DNA of 64,000 bases from a virus. Location: IMG/VR virus record IMGVR_UViG_3300032288_001980, positions 1 to 64,000 of that record; one strand, written 5' to 3'. Positions 1 through 8,653 of the stretch are shown piece after piece. Made by a program: the position numbers and the translations under genes. Below the pieces are notes generated by a model that saw nothing but the letters and a program-made list of their open reading frames with translations, made no database searches and was not told where the DNA came from. The stretch's first letter is position 1. Every line of letters begins with the position of its first letter.

Positions 1-72
1 ATTCGTGAATGGGTTCTCGCGGATCTAGAAGCTAAAAAAGCTACTACTCAACTGATTATCAAAACACAGTAT
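1..72 (+). CDS. 3' end of a gene that starts upstream of the window (IREWVLADLEAKKATTTDYQNTV*)
   Basis: Frame 1 is open from base 1 to TAG at 70-72, just before the next ATG. Confidence 0.4.
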
Positions 73-87
73 AGGGCACAGCATCAT

Positions 88-525
88 ATGCCCAAAGATT
101 TACTAGATACAGTAAACAATGAATTAAACAGCATAGGTATTCCGAATGTAGCATGGATGGATAGTTATGTTCGTCGCCCAGGCTCTAAACAATATCTTCA
201 TGTTGACGGTCGTGATTTTCCTTTGTTTTGCGCTATTAACATTCCACTAAGTGGTGTTATTGGCAGTAGGTTTGAATACTATGGTGGTGATTATACTGTT
301 GAAAAGAAAGCGGAAAAAGGTCTTACATGGTTTGAACCTATATGGAATCGGCCACCTGAACTAATAGAAAACTTGGAACTGACCAGTGCTCATTTAATAA
401 AAATCGATGTTCCGCATATGGCTGTGGCCAATGATCATGAACCAAGGTCAATTGTGTCAATGAGATTTGAAGGTAATCCCAGCTATGAATATGTTAGGGA
501 CTGTATTATAAGGAATAACAGATGA
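88..525 (+). CDS. Small 2OG-Fe(II)/cupin-like protein
   Basis: HxD (LHVDG), AINIPL, distal His (VPHM) and a following Arg; same pattern as ORFs 14366 and 14934. Confidence 0.55.
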   Translation: MPKDLLDTVNNELNSIGIPNVAWMDSYVRRPGSKQYLHVDGRDFPLFCAINIPLSGVIGSRFEYYGGDYTVEKKAEKGLTWFEPIWNRPPELIENLELTSAHLIKIDVPHMAVANDHEPRSIVSMRFEGNPSYEYVRDCIIRNNR

Positions 526-797
526 TTCATATTAATTTTAATATAAGGAACCCATGGTCTAGCAGATGGGATAGAGGCCGAGTATGGTCTGGTTCTTTAA
601 CACAACACAAGTTTTGGGAATTGCAAGCAATGAAAACAGCGGACGTCATTGACTTTGTATTTGCATTTACTATTAGACAGGATCATGCAGGCCTGGACAT
701 GTCATTGGGACTATTGGGTTTTGCACTAAGATTTAATGTTTATGATCATAGGCACTGGAACACTGATGTTAATGCCTGGGAAAACCACAAGGAGTAA
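522..797 (+). CDS. Hypothetical phage protein
   Basis: ATGA overlap with the previous gene; Trp-rich 91 aa. Confidence 0.7.
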   Translation: MIHINFNIRNPWSSRWDRGRVWSGSLTQHKFWELQAMKTADVIDFVFAFTIRQDHAGLDMSLGLLGFALRFNVYDHRHWNTDVNAWENHKE

Positions 798-798
798 T

Positions 799-1020
799 AT
801 GTATAAAACAGTTTACACAGAAGTCGAAGTTGATGTTGACCTTAGCGACTTTGATACAGACGATCTAATCGAAGAATTAGAAAGCCGCGGTGCTGGTGCC
901 ACAGACTATGGCGATGGCAAAGAGATCCTGGAGGCCATCTACGAAAAGCGTAGATTGGGCCGAGACTATCAAACCGAACTTAACCAACTAATTTGGTTGG
1001 GTCTTGGCAAGGTTATCTAA
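799..1020 (+). CDS. Hypothetical acidic phage protein (MYKTVYTEVEVDVDL...)
   Basis: GGAG Shine-Dalgarno at 791-794 supports ATG 799 rather than 736. Confidence 0.75.
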   Translation: MYKTVYTEVEVDVDLSDFDTDDLIEELESRGAGATDYGDGKEILEAIYEKRRLGRDYQTELNQLIWLGLGKVI

Positions 1021-1033
1021 CATTTGAATAGTT

Positions 1034-1873
1034 ATGAAAAAATTTATCTTTTTATTACTGGCCTGTTGCGCCAATGCTTACTCTGGCCCTACTGCTAGTT
1101 ATGCTTTATACGACTATGATGCACATCAGTTTGTTATCAAAGAAGATGTAGACCGAGTTCGTAGTATGGCCAGTATTACTAAACTGTTTACTGCCATGAC
1201 TGTGATACGTAGCGGAGTTAATTTACAAGAAAAAGTAAAAGTAACAGGTCGTAGTAGAGGATTCGTGCCACGTAATTCGATGATTTCTAGATATGACTTG
1301 CTAAGAGCCATGTTAATCAGCAGTGATAACTTAGCCAGTGAAAGTCTTGCTAATGCACATCCTGGCGGATTTAATCAGTTTATAATCGATGCTAATTTTT
1401 ATGCTGATCAAGTATTAAAATTAAGAGAAACTAAAATTGTCGATTCCAGCGGTCTAATGGCCGGCAACGTCACTAACGTGAACGATTTAATAGATTTGCT
1501 TGAAGCAACTCGCAGTAATGAAATTATCAAAAAAATTGCCGCAGAGCGTAATGCTATCATTACTATGAATGTTACTCGTGGTAAGAAACAAAAAGAAATT
1601 ACAATTAATTTTAGAAACACTAATCCACAATTATGGACGTTTGATAACATTTTAGTTAGTAAAACAGGATATACCAATGCCGCGGGTCGATGCGTAGTTA
1701 TGTTGGTAGAAAAGAACAATTTGCCTTTTGCAGTAATTGTGCTAGGTACTAGAAATATATACGAAAGAAGTAAACTAGCCAAACAGCTAATTGAAATACC
1801 AATCGAACCTAGAATCGTTCCAGTAATAGAACCTGAAATAAAATTTGATTCGGTAGATTACAATTTGTACTAA
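1034..1873 (+). CDS. D-alanyl-D-alanine carboxypeptidase/endopeptidase (peptidase S11, PBP5/PBP7-like)
   Basis: Signal peptide; SxxK (ASITK), SxN (SDN) and KTG (SKTGYT) motifs all intact. Confidence 0.92.
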   Translation: MKKFIFLLLACCANAYSGPTASYALYDYDAHQFVIKEDVDRVRSMASITKLFTAMTVIRSGVNLQEKVKVTGRSRGFVPRNSMISRYDLLRAMLISSDNLASESLANAHPGGFNQFIIDANFYADQVLKLRETKIVDSSGLMAGNVTNVNDLIDLLEATRSNEIIKKIAAERNAIITMNVTRGKKQKEITINFRNTNPQLWTFDNILVSKTGYTNAAGRCVVMLVEKNNLPFAVIVLGTRNIYERSKLAKQLIEIPIEPRIVPVIEPEIKFDSVDYNLY

Positions 1874-2124
1874 TGGATTCACACGAAAAACTTTGGGCTA
1901 TTGATATTAGGCATGCCAAAAATAATGTAGTTTGGGCATTTCCTTATCATGTGCCCGAGCCCAGTTATCCGCCTTTTCCTGGTTTTGATGTTCTTGAAGG
2001 ATATTTACACGAACATTATGTTGGCTATTCTACAAATAGACTGTATAATAACGGTAGTCCAGTACTGGAAATTAAATTTGCAACAGAACAAGAAGCTATG
2101 ATGTTTGTACTGAGATGGTCATGA
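1873..2124 (+). CDS. Small F-x-L-R-W family protein, copy 1
   Basis: Ends KFATEQEAMMFVLRWS. Confidence 0.8.
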   Translation: MDSHEKLWAIDIRHAKNNVVWAFPYHVPEPSYPPFPGFDVLEGYLHEHYVGYSTNRLYNNGSPVLEIKFATEQEAMMFVLRWS

Positions 2125-2327
2125 GAGAGCTTAAAAAAGAATTATGGCCTTATCGGATCGTAATAAACAGCGACATTAAAAATGACATCACACCAGTGGA
2201 GCTCTGGTTAGGAGAACAACTGGGTACTTTTAAAGGTCGTTGGAATGTTGTTTATAGAGTTAACGAAACACATTTTTATTTTCGATTAGGCGAAGATGCT
2301 ATGTTATTTTCATTGAGGTGGTCATGA
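2121..2327 (+). CDS. Small F-x-L-R-W family protein, copy 2
   Basis: Ends FRLGEDAMLFSLRWS; ATGA overlap gives start 2121. Confidence 0.8.
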   Translation: MRELKKELWPYRIVINSDIKNDITPVELWLGEQLGTFKGRWNVVYRVNETHFYFRLGEDAMLFSLRWS

Positions 2328-2536
2328 CAGTAAAAATTTTTGCAGAGCGTGATAATTTTAAATTAATAGGCGACAGCAGAGATATAGCTGTTGATTTCAA
2401 TTATCGTAGTGCTGTATGGGATTGGTGTAACGACAATGATATTGATTTGGAATATCAAGGTTCACTAGGTAGTGTAGATCTTTGGCGTATTAGAAACGAA
2501 GAGCAAAGATTAATGTTTGTACTGAGGTGGTCATGA
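2324..2536 (+). CDS. Small F-x-L-R-W family protein, copy 3
   Basis: Ends EEQRLMFVLRWS; GAGG SD 5 nt before ATG 2324. Confidence 0.8.
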   Translation: MTVKIFAERDNFKLIGDSRDIAVDFNYRSAVWDWCNDNDIDLEYQGSLGSVDLWRIRNEEQRLMFVLRWS

Positions 2537-2784
2537 CTGTGAGAACAAGATCCCGCCAACTTGAATATAAGGTTTTCAGCGATGTTGAACCACATATAGC
2601 CAAGGTATGGTGCAATAGTACTATCGGTGATCAATGGTGTGCCTTAGATAATCGACAAGGACTATGGACTTGTTTTTGGGCAGGCCCAAGTCATCTTAGA
2701 GAACGCAACGGAGAAACTGGAAAATATGTATATAGGTTTGCCGAAGAACAAGATGCGCTTATGTTTAAGATAAGGTGGAGTTAA
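2533..2784 (+). CDS. Small F-x-L-R-W family protein, copy 4
   Basis: Ends FAEEQDALMFKIRWS. Confidence 0.8.
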   Translation: MTVRTRSRQLEYKVFSDVEPHIAKVWCNSTIGDQWCALDNRQGLWTCFWAGPSHLRERNGETGKYVYRFAEEQDALMFKIRWS

Positions 2785-2993
2785 TGTCATTACATACAGT
2801 TGTTTATCATAGACTAGAACCAGGACAGTTAGCAGGACATATTCGCAGTCTATTAGATCATAATGTAGATCGTTGGTTGGCAGAACATTGTCAGGGACGC
2901 TATTATCATAATCCTGGCTGGACAGATACTAAATTTATTCAATTTGAAGATGCATTGGAAGCATTTACCTTTTCATTAACCTGGGGAAAATAA
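2784..2993 (+). CDS. Small F-x-L-R-W family protein, copy 5
   Basis: Ends FEDALEAFTFSLTWGK; TAATG overlap. Confidence 0.8.
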   Translation: MSLHTVVYHRLEPGQLAGHIRSLLDHNVDRWLAEHCQGRYYHNPGWTDTKFIQFEDALEAFTFSLTWGK

Positions 2994-3151
2994 TGACATT
3001 AATTTATGACGATTTCGATGATGTTTATGTTTGGGTTGAAGATAACGATCATAACATTACGCTAAGTCCGGAATATGACGACGAAGAAAGTGCCCGTCAA
3101 TGGTATAGTCGAGTATATGCAATCATGCAGACTGCTAAATTGTCAGTATGA
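2993..3151 (+). CDS. Unlisted 52-aa acidic protein (MTLIYDDFDDVYVWVEDND...)
   Basis: Fills the gap exactly, with TAATG and ATGA overlaps at the two ends. Confidence 0.7.
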   Translation: MTLIYDDFDDVYVWVEDNDHNITLSPEYDDEESARQWYSRVYAIMQTAKLSV

Positions 3152-3345
3152 GTAGCACAGTAGTCACACTACCTTATAGACCACTATGGGAACCACTTGA
3201 TTGGGCCAAAAAAAATTGTCCCAGCTATATTACTAATGACGCACACAGCATCGGTAATAACTCTTATGACAATAGTAAAATAGATTATTTTTTCAATGAT
3301 GAACATGATGCTTTTAAATTTGCACTAAGATGGGGTGGGCAATGA
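3148..3345 (+). CDS. Small F-x-L-R-W family protein, copy 6
   Basis: Ends FNDEHDAFKFALRWGGQ. Confidence 0.8.
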   Translation: MSSTVVTLPYRPLWEPLDWAKKNCPSYITNDAHSIGNNSYDNSKIDYFFNDEHDAFKFALRWGGQ

Positions 3346-3626
3346 AGACAACAACAAATTTTTATTCACCGATGCTAGAAGACAAGATACTAAAAGACGC
3401 GGCCAAAGAACTACAAAAAGAAATTGATTGGCAAGTTTTAAAAGATCTATTAATTGAAACAGGCTGGGTCAAAGTTGAATTAACTAGCAAGTGGCTACCT
3501 TGCACTGGAATAGAACTTGATGACTGGCGTAAAAAGAATCTTACTGGTCGATGGTATGCCAATGATAATATATGGATTTTTGAAAAAGCCGAAGATGCTG
3601 TTCTTTTTACACTACGATGGCAGTAA
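3342..3626 (+). CDS. Small F-x-L-R-W family protein, copy 7
   Basis: Ends FEKAEDAVLFTLRWQ; ATGA overlap at 3342. Confidence 0.8.
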   Translation: MKTTTNFYSPMLEDKILKDAAKELQKEIDWQVLKDLLIETGWVKVELTSKWLPCTGIELDDWRKKNLTGRWYANDNIWIFEKAEDAVLFTLRWQ

Positions 3627-3904
3627 AAAGACGCAGATATTTTCCTAAAACTCCTGGCACAGGCGAGTATAGAATTTTGGACATTACACAGATTATCACA
3701 GACGGTGCAGACTGTTACCCATGGCAAGAAGTCTATGCTTGGTGGCCGGTTAAAACTATTAGCGGAAAAAGAGTATGGCGTGAAAAAGTGTTCAAGCGTC
3801 GAGTGTGGATCGTTTGGGGTGCAAGTTTTCATATGGAACCAGAAGTGCAATACGCTACAATGTTTGATTTAATTACTATAGACTGTAATGCTATCTACAA
3901 TTAA
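3617..3904 (+). CDS. Hypothetical Trp-rich phage protein
   Basis: WQEVYAWWPVKTISGKRVWREKV; overlaps both neighbours. Confidence 0.7.
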   Translation: MAVKRRRYFPKTPGTGEYRILDITQIITDGADCYPWQEVYAWWPVKTISGKRVWREKVFKRRVWIVWGASFHMEPEVQYATMFDLITIDCNAIYN

Positions 3905-4316
3905 AGAAAGAATAACAGAATGGCGAGATTATCGCTTTTTAAAAAAGCACGGCTGCTCGTCTTGGTACCAGTATCATAGAAAAACAGATCCAGATGTTTG
4001 CCAGTGGGCCAGTAGAGTAGATGACTTTTATCATGGCTATCCAATGAAGCATTGTTTTGAAAACTTTGATAACGAAATCTACGAATGGGACTTGGGTCGA
4101 TGTGGCCTTACTAGATGCGAAAATTGGTGTAAAGAAAATCTGTCAGGCAAATGGAGATTTGATATGTTAAGAGTCTTTATGCAAACTCCTATTGGCATAC
4201 ACGGCGTTGAAGAATCTGAATACTGGATAAATGAAATAGGCGGCAGTGACAAAATATTTTTTGTTTGTCACGATGCCGAAGATATGTTTAAATTTAAATT
4301 AAGGTGGGGTTCATGA
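3888..4316 (+). CDS. F-x-L-R-W family protein, copy 8 (N-terminally extended)
   Basis: WCKENLSGKWRF...DAEDMFKFKLRWGS. Confidence 0.78.
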   Translation: MLSTIKERITEWRDYRFLKKHGCSSWYQYHRKTDPDVCQWASRVDDFYHGYPMKHCFENFDNEIYEWDLGRCGLTRCENWCKENLSGKWRFDMLRVFMQTPIGIHGVEESEYWINEIGGSDKIFFVCHDAEDMFKFKLRWGS

Positions 4317-5077
4317 AAATAGGTATTATTGGTTATGGGGTAGTGGGCAAAGCAGTAGCTAACTCTTATGATAAAGAGCCCAAATATAAAGTTGAAATCT
4401 ATGATCCCATGCTAGGATTTAACAGTGACGTCAGTGATTGCGATGCAGTATTTGTCTGTGTGCCAAGTCCTAGTTTGCCCGACGGTGCTTGCGACAGTTC
4501 TATTTTAGAATCTGCTTTGCAAAGACTGGGAGAGTTTAAAGGAGTTATAATCAGTAAAACCACTGCTACTCCAGACGTTTATATTCGACTACAAAAACAG
4601 TATCCTAATCTAGTACATGCTCCTGAATTTTTAACGCAAAATAATGCTAGGGAAGATTATCGAAACGGACGCCTTTTAGTATTGGGAGGCAACGAGTGGT
4701 ACAGAATAGTAGCACATGGAATCATTAAACAGTCTGTATTTAAAACTGATGTCTTTTACACGGACATAGGTACTGCTAGTTTATTTAAATACATAGTTAA
4801 TAGTTTCCTAGCCACTAAAGTTATTGCTATGAATCAGTATCGAGCACTAGCTGACTCTATAGGCTTAGATTGGTCTGAGCTTGCTAAAATGTTAGCCGGA
4901 GACCCTAGAATTGGTTCAAGTCACTTGCAAGTTCCGGGTCCAGATGGCCAGTTTGGATTTGGCGGTATGTGCTTTCCCAAGGACATTGAAGCCCTTTTAA
5001 ATTATGCAGAACAGCAAAATATTAACTTGGAATTATTGTCAAAAGTAGTAAATATTAATAATACTCTAAGGAAATAA
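4313..5077 (+). CDS. UDP-glucose/GDP-mannose dehydrogenase family protein (short form)
   Basis: Rossmann IGYGVVG, FVCVPSP, ISKTT, HAPEFL, FKYIVNSFLATK, GFGGMCFPKD with catalytic Cys. Confidence 0.88.
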   Translation: MKIGIIGYGVVGKAVANSYDKEPKYKVEIYDPMLGFNSDVSDCDAVFVCVPSPSLPDGACDSSILESALQRLGEFKGVIISKTTATPDVYIRLQKQYPNLVHAPEFLTQNNAREDYRNGRLLVLGGNEWYRIVAHGIIKQSVFKTDVFYTDIGTASLFKYIVNSFLATKVIAMNQYRALADSIGLDWSELAKMLAGDPRIGSSHLQVPGPDGQFGFGGMCFPKDIEALLNYAEQQNINLELLSKVVNINNTLRK

Positions 5078-5078
5078 T

Positions 5079-5774
5079 ATGGTCGGAGTAGCTCGTTACT
5101 TACAGATTGATGCTTACCGCAAACAACTGATTAACAAGCTAAATCTTGCTGATTTTTATTTTCGTGGTTTTATAGACGATAAAGAAGTTGCTAAGATAAT
5201 ACGCAAAGTTCTTAAAGATCCTAAAATTATAATCAAGCGTCACTATAGCAATAGTGCAGAACCTGACAGGTTTATTACTAGTAGTTTTTATGATCCCGAA
5301 GAAGATTCTAAGCCCTACGAGCTTTATCTTATTTTTTACAAAAAGAACGTAGTAAGAAAATATACCAAAACATGGCGCTATATTAAAAATGAAATAGCGG
5401 ACAGTTTAACACACGAATACGTACATTACCTACAGCACCAATCTGGTGCTGATTTTACGGTTAGTCCAGGAGATGACTTAGAGTATTATAAGGACTGTCA
5501 CGAGTTAGATGCTCACGCTGTCAATGCAGCCTATGAACTTATCGATAGTTATGGTACTAATAAAATTAACTTCGATGCACTGGTGCAAGTTTATAGAACT
5601 CAACCTACTCCCTTGCAAGATTGTAGTATGACGTTATGGGATTACGCAAAACATTTTCCTGCTGGGTCAAGAACATGGAAAAGATTTTTTAAAAAAGTAT
5701 ATGTTCACTATTGCTGGTTAACCGAGGCTAGATATAAAATCATTTATGACCAAAGCAGTATCCTCGTTCATTAA
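5079..5774 (+). CDS. Putative zincin metallopeptidase
   Basis: HExxH (LTHEYVHYLQH) plus downstream HELDAHA. Confidence 0.6.
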   Translation: MVGVARYLQIDAYRKQLINKLNLADFYFRGFIDDKEVAKIIRKVLKDPKIIIKRHYSNSAEPDRFITSSFYDPEEDSKPYELYLIFYKKNVVRKYTKTWRYIKNEIADSLTHEYVHYLQHQSGADFTVSPGDDLEYYKDCHELDAHAVNAAYELIDSYGTNKINFDALVQVYRTQPTPLQDCSMTLWDYAKHFPAGSRTWKRFFKKVYVHYCWLTEARYKIIYDQSSILVH

Positions 5775-6305
5775 TATCTCGAAATGATTATATTCTAATT
5801 CTAAATATTTTATATTTTTGATATATTCTTGGCTGTTAATAGTAACTACTCCGTCGTTAGGTTGACTCATCAGTGGAACGTGACCTTTAGTAGATACAAT
5901 TTGTAACCATGGTATATAAATGTTTGCTAATATATCTTGGGTATGCTTAACTGGCTCAGCAGTAGTGGCTACATCATGTAGCATTTGATATTCAGGAAAA
6001 AATATTGCCATTTGATTGGCCTTCTCACTGCCATTAAACGGGGTGCTAATAGTAACAACTGCTTTAATATTATTTTGACCAATAGCATCAACAATATGTG
6101 CCGCATACAATCCGCCCATGCTGTGAGCTACAATAACAGAACCTTTAAATTTATCTAAGTTTTGTTTTATTAATTCTAAATTTTTGACAAAAGGAATGGC
6201 AGTATCATAGTGAATGAAATCTCTTTTTGCTTTAATTTTTGGTGCCAAATAATTCCATATGGTAGGACTACAATTGGCTCCGTGTATAAAAATAACTTTT
6301 TGCAT
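5718..6305 (-). CDS. Alpha/beta hydrolase (lipase/esterase-like)
   Basis: FIHGA oxyanion loop, AHSMGG nucleophile elbow, NDGVV Asp, NHFEI His; start re-called to MQKVIF. Confidence 0.85.
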   Translation of the reverse strand: MQKVIFIHGANCSPTIWNYLAPKIKAKRDFIHYDTAIPFVKNLELIKQNLDKFKGSVIVAHSMGGLYAAHIVDAIGQNNIKAVVTISTPFNGSEKANQMAIFFPEYQMLHDVATTAEPVKHTQDILANIYIPWLQIVSTKGHVPLMSQPNDGVVTINSQEYIKNIKYLELEYNHFEILMNEDTALVINDFISSLG

Positions 6306-6306
6306 G

Positions 6307-6343
6307 TTGACAGTAAGATAAGTATCCAGTATAATAGTATTTA
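6307..6343 (+). promoter_or_regulatory. sigma70 promoter TTGACA-17-TATAAT, with a divergent late-type TAAATA on the minus strand (6338-6343)
   Basis: TTGACA 6307-6312, TATAAT 6330-6335, TATTTA 6338-6343. Confidence 0.8.
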
Positions 6344-6348
6344 ACCTT

Positions 6349-7116
6349 ATGAAATTTCCAATTACACGCATCACACAGCTGAGAGAGATATTGAACAATC
6401 ATCCATTGTTGTCTGAAAAAATTATTAATAATCGTCAAGACCTTCAACATTTTATGGAATGCCATGTGTTTGCAGTTTTTGACTTTATGAGTTTGATCAA
6501 AACTCTACAACACCAAATTTGTCCCAGCTCTACAGTTTGGTTGCCTAGTCCTTTGCAACGCAAAGCCAGTCGATTCGTTAATGAAATTATTCTAGCCGAA
6601 GAAAGCGATACCAGTTTAGTAGATGGCGAGTACATTAGTCATTACGATTTATACATCCAGGCCATGAGAGAAGTCGGTGCTGACCCTGATGTTATTATTG
6701 GATTTGAAGAACTAGTTAGAGAGTTTGGCATCGAATGGAGTTTAGATAAAGGTGACATTCCTGAAAGTTGTTATAACTTTGTTCGCAGTACTTTTGATTT
6801 TATTAATACAGATAAACCACATGTAGTAGCGGCGGCCTTTTGTTTTGGTAGAGAAACGGTTATACCTGACATGTTCACTGGAATATTAGAGCACTTGGGT
6901 ATTACAGAGTCACAGGCGCCTGGATTCTTTTACTATCTGCGTAGACACATCGAAGTTGACGGTGGCGAACACGGCCCTGCTAGTATCAAACTAATAGAAA
7001 CCTTGTGTGATAATGATCCTATTAAACTACAAGAAGCTGAACAGGCAGCACTAGATGCTATACAAGCACGTATTCGTTTTTGGAACGAAGTACGCAATGA
7101 GATTATATACAGATGA
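6349..7116 (+). CDS. DUF3050 / heme-oxygenase-like diiron protein
   Basis: FMECHVFAVFDFMSL, NEIILAEESD, SHYDLY, GRETVIP, RHIEVDGGEHGP. Confidence 0.8.
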   Translation: MKFPITRITQLREILNNHPLLSEKIINNRQDLQHFMECHVFAVFDFMSLIKTLQHQICPSSTVWLPSPLQRKASRFVNEIILAEESDTSLVDGEYISHYDLYIQAMREVGADPDVIIGFEELVREFGIEWSLDKGDIPESCYNFVRSTFDFINTDKPHVVAAAFCFGRETVIPDMFTGILEHLGITESQAPGFFYYLRRHIEVDGGEHGPASIKLIETLCDNDPIKLQEAEQAALDAIQARIRFWNEVRNEIIYR

Positions 7117-7604
7117 AACCTAAATTTAAAAAACTATACATGGACTGGGCTACTCGTGTGGCCCAGTTAAGTTACGCAAAAAGATTACAAGTGGGTGCAG
7201 TTATTGTCAAAGACGATACTGTTATCAGTTATGGCTATAATGGTATGCCTGCGGGCTGGGATAACAACTGTGAACACGATGTAATAGTTGCCGAAATTGA
7301 TGGTGACCCAGGTAGGGTAATTAGAGAAAATAAAACTAGGCCGGAGGTTCTACATGCAGAATCAAATGCAATCGCAAAGCTCGCAAAATCTACTAATAGT
7401 GGCCTTGGTGCTGACTTGTTCATCACTCATAGCCCTTGTATGGAATGCGCTAAACTTATCTATCAGTCTGGCATTCGCCGCGTTTTTTATGCTGAGGATT
7501 ACAGAGATAATTCGGGTGTCAACTTCCTCAGACATTCAGGAGTCGCAGTGGAACAAATAGATGACAGTAGTCAAAGTATTTTGGACAACTCTAAATCCGT
7601 TTAA
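7113..7604 (+). CDS. dCMP deaminase
   Basis: HAESNAI and PCMECAK zinc motifs; GYNG. Confidence 0.93.
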   Translation: MKPKFKKLYMDWATRVAQLSYAKRLQVGAVIVKDDTVISYGYNGMPAGWDNNCEHDVIVAEIDGDPGRVIRENKTRPEVLHAESNAIAKLAKSTNSGLGADLFITHSPCMECAKLIYQSGIRRVFYAEDYRDNSGVNFLRHSGVAVEQIDDSSQSILDNSKSV

Positions 7605-7848
7605 CGGCGTAGCAGATTGGCAAGATTGGCTGGATACTCACGCCGGCAGTCAGGGACGAGATTGGGGCTGGTTTCAAAGTGATGTAGTTGCCGGCGACTA
7701 TGACGAACGCACAGTAATAGGTATATGGTTCAATAATGAAGCTATAGCAATGTTGTTTAAATTATCACACGACTGCGAGTTTTATTTAGGTGAAAAAACT
7801 GTTGACAAAGCAGACAAAGCACCGTATAATGATAGCTATGGAAAATGA
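7561..7848 (+). CDS. Hypothetical protein, distant F-x-L-R-W-like
   Basis: WLDTHAG..GRDWGW...FNNEAIAMLFKL. Confidence 0.6.
   Translation: MTVVKVFWTTLNPFNGVADWQDWLDTHAGSQGRDWGWFQSDVVAGDYDERTVIGIWFNNEAIAMLFKLSHDCEFYLGEKTVDKADKAPYNDSYGK
7802..7830 (+). promoter_or_regulatory. Consensus sigma70 promoter
   Basis: TTGACA 7802-7807, 17-nt spacer, TATAAT 7825-7830; ATG 7 nt later. Confidence 0.85.
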
Positions 7849-8017
7849 AACTAAAAGATGGGTCGTCACTGTAGAAGAGGATCCCGAAACTGGTGATTTA
7901 ATTTTACCCTTTCCCGATGGTCTATTAGATTCTATGGGATGGAAAGAGGGCGATGTTATCAATTGGAAAGAAGAAAACGGCGCATGGATTCTGACTCGAA
8001 AATCAAACGACATGTAA
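7838..8017 (+). CDS. AbrB/MazE/SpoVT-like small DNA-binding protein
   Basis: GDLILPFPDGLLDSMGWKEGDVINW swapped-hairpin pattern. Confidence 0.65.
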   Translation: MENETKRWVVTVEEDPETGDLILPFPDGLLDSMGWKEGDVINWKEENGAWILTRKSNDM

Positions 8018-8574
8018 TGATCGACTTGGAAACATTGGGAGTAACACCCGATGCTGTTATCCTAACTCTGGGTGCAATTAAGTTTGACCCCTGGGATGAT
8101 TCAAGTACATTAAACAGTCAAGAAAATATTCAAATGGATTGTTTCTATCATAGAATCGATCCTGAGAGTTTTGGACCTGACGCTAGAATAGACAACGGCA
8201 CATTGGCTTGGTGGGCCAATCAAAATGACGACGTAAGGGCAGAAGCTTTTGCTGAAGATAATCGACATCCTATTAGGACTACATTAACAGATTTTTACAA
8301 ATGGTTAGGTAAATTTGACTGTGTGTGGAGCAACGGCGCCACATTTGATATTGTAATGTTAGAATGGGCTTATAGAGCTCAGGACAAAGGAATCCCATGG
8401 AAGTATTGGCAGGCTAGAGATACTAGAACAATTTTCGGATTGGTCAAAGATCACAAAGAATTTATGCCTGAATCTGCTTCTAGTATGAAACATCATGCAC
8501 TTTGGGATTGTTGGGTCCAGTTAGTAACTGTACAAAATATTATACGCAGTCTGAATATTCCTCGCCCGGAGTAA
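8017..8574 (+). CDS. DEDDh 3'-5' exonuclease (Rv2179c/exonuclease VIII-like)
   Basis: MIDLETLG, WSNGATFD, RDTRT, HHALWD; TAATG overlap gives start 8017. Confidence 0.85.
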   Translation: MIDLETLGVTPDAVILTLGAIKFDPWDDSSTLNSQENIQMDCFYHRIDPESFGPDARIDNGTLAWWANQNDDVRAEAFAEDNRHPIRTTLTDFYKWLGKFDCVWSNGATFDIVMLEWAYRAQDKGIPWKYWQARDTRTIFGLVKDHKEFMPESASSMKHHALWDCWVQLVTVQNIIRSLNIPRPE

Positions 8575-8581
8575 ATAGCAT

Positions 8582-8620
8582 AGAGGACTTTAGGCATTCA
8601 TCCCTCTTTAAAAATTCTGC
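8582..8620 (+). promoter_or_regulatory. preQ1-I-like riboswitch candidate in the queD 5' leader
   Basis: AGAGG/CCUCU 5-bp stem, loop ending CAUC, A-rich tail; directly after TAAATA (8572-8577) and before queD-yhhQ. Confidence 0.6.
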
Positions 8621-8653
8621 ATGTCATTGCTATTCAAGTAAGGAGAATAAACA

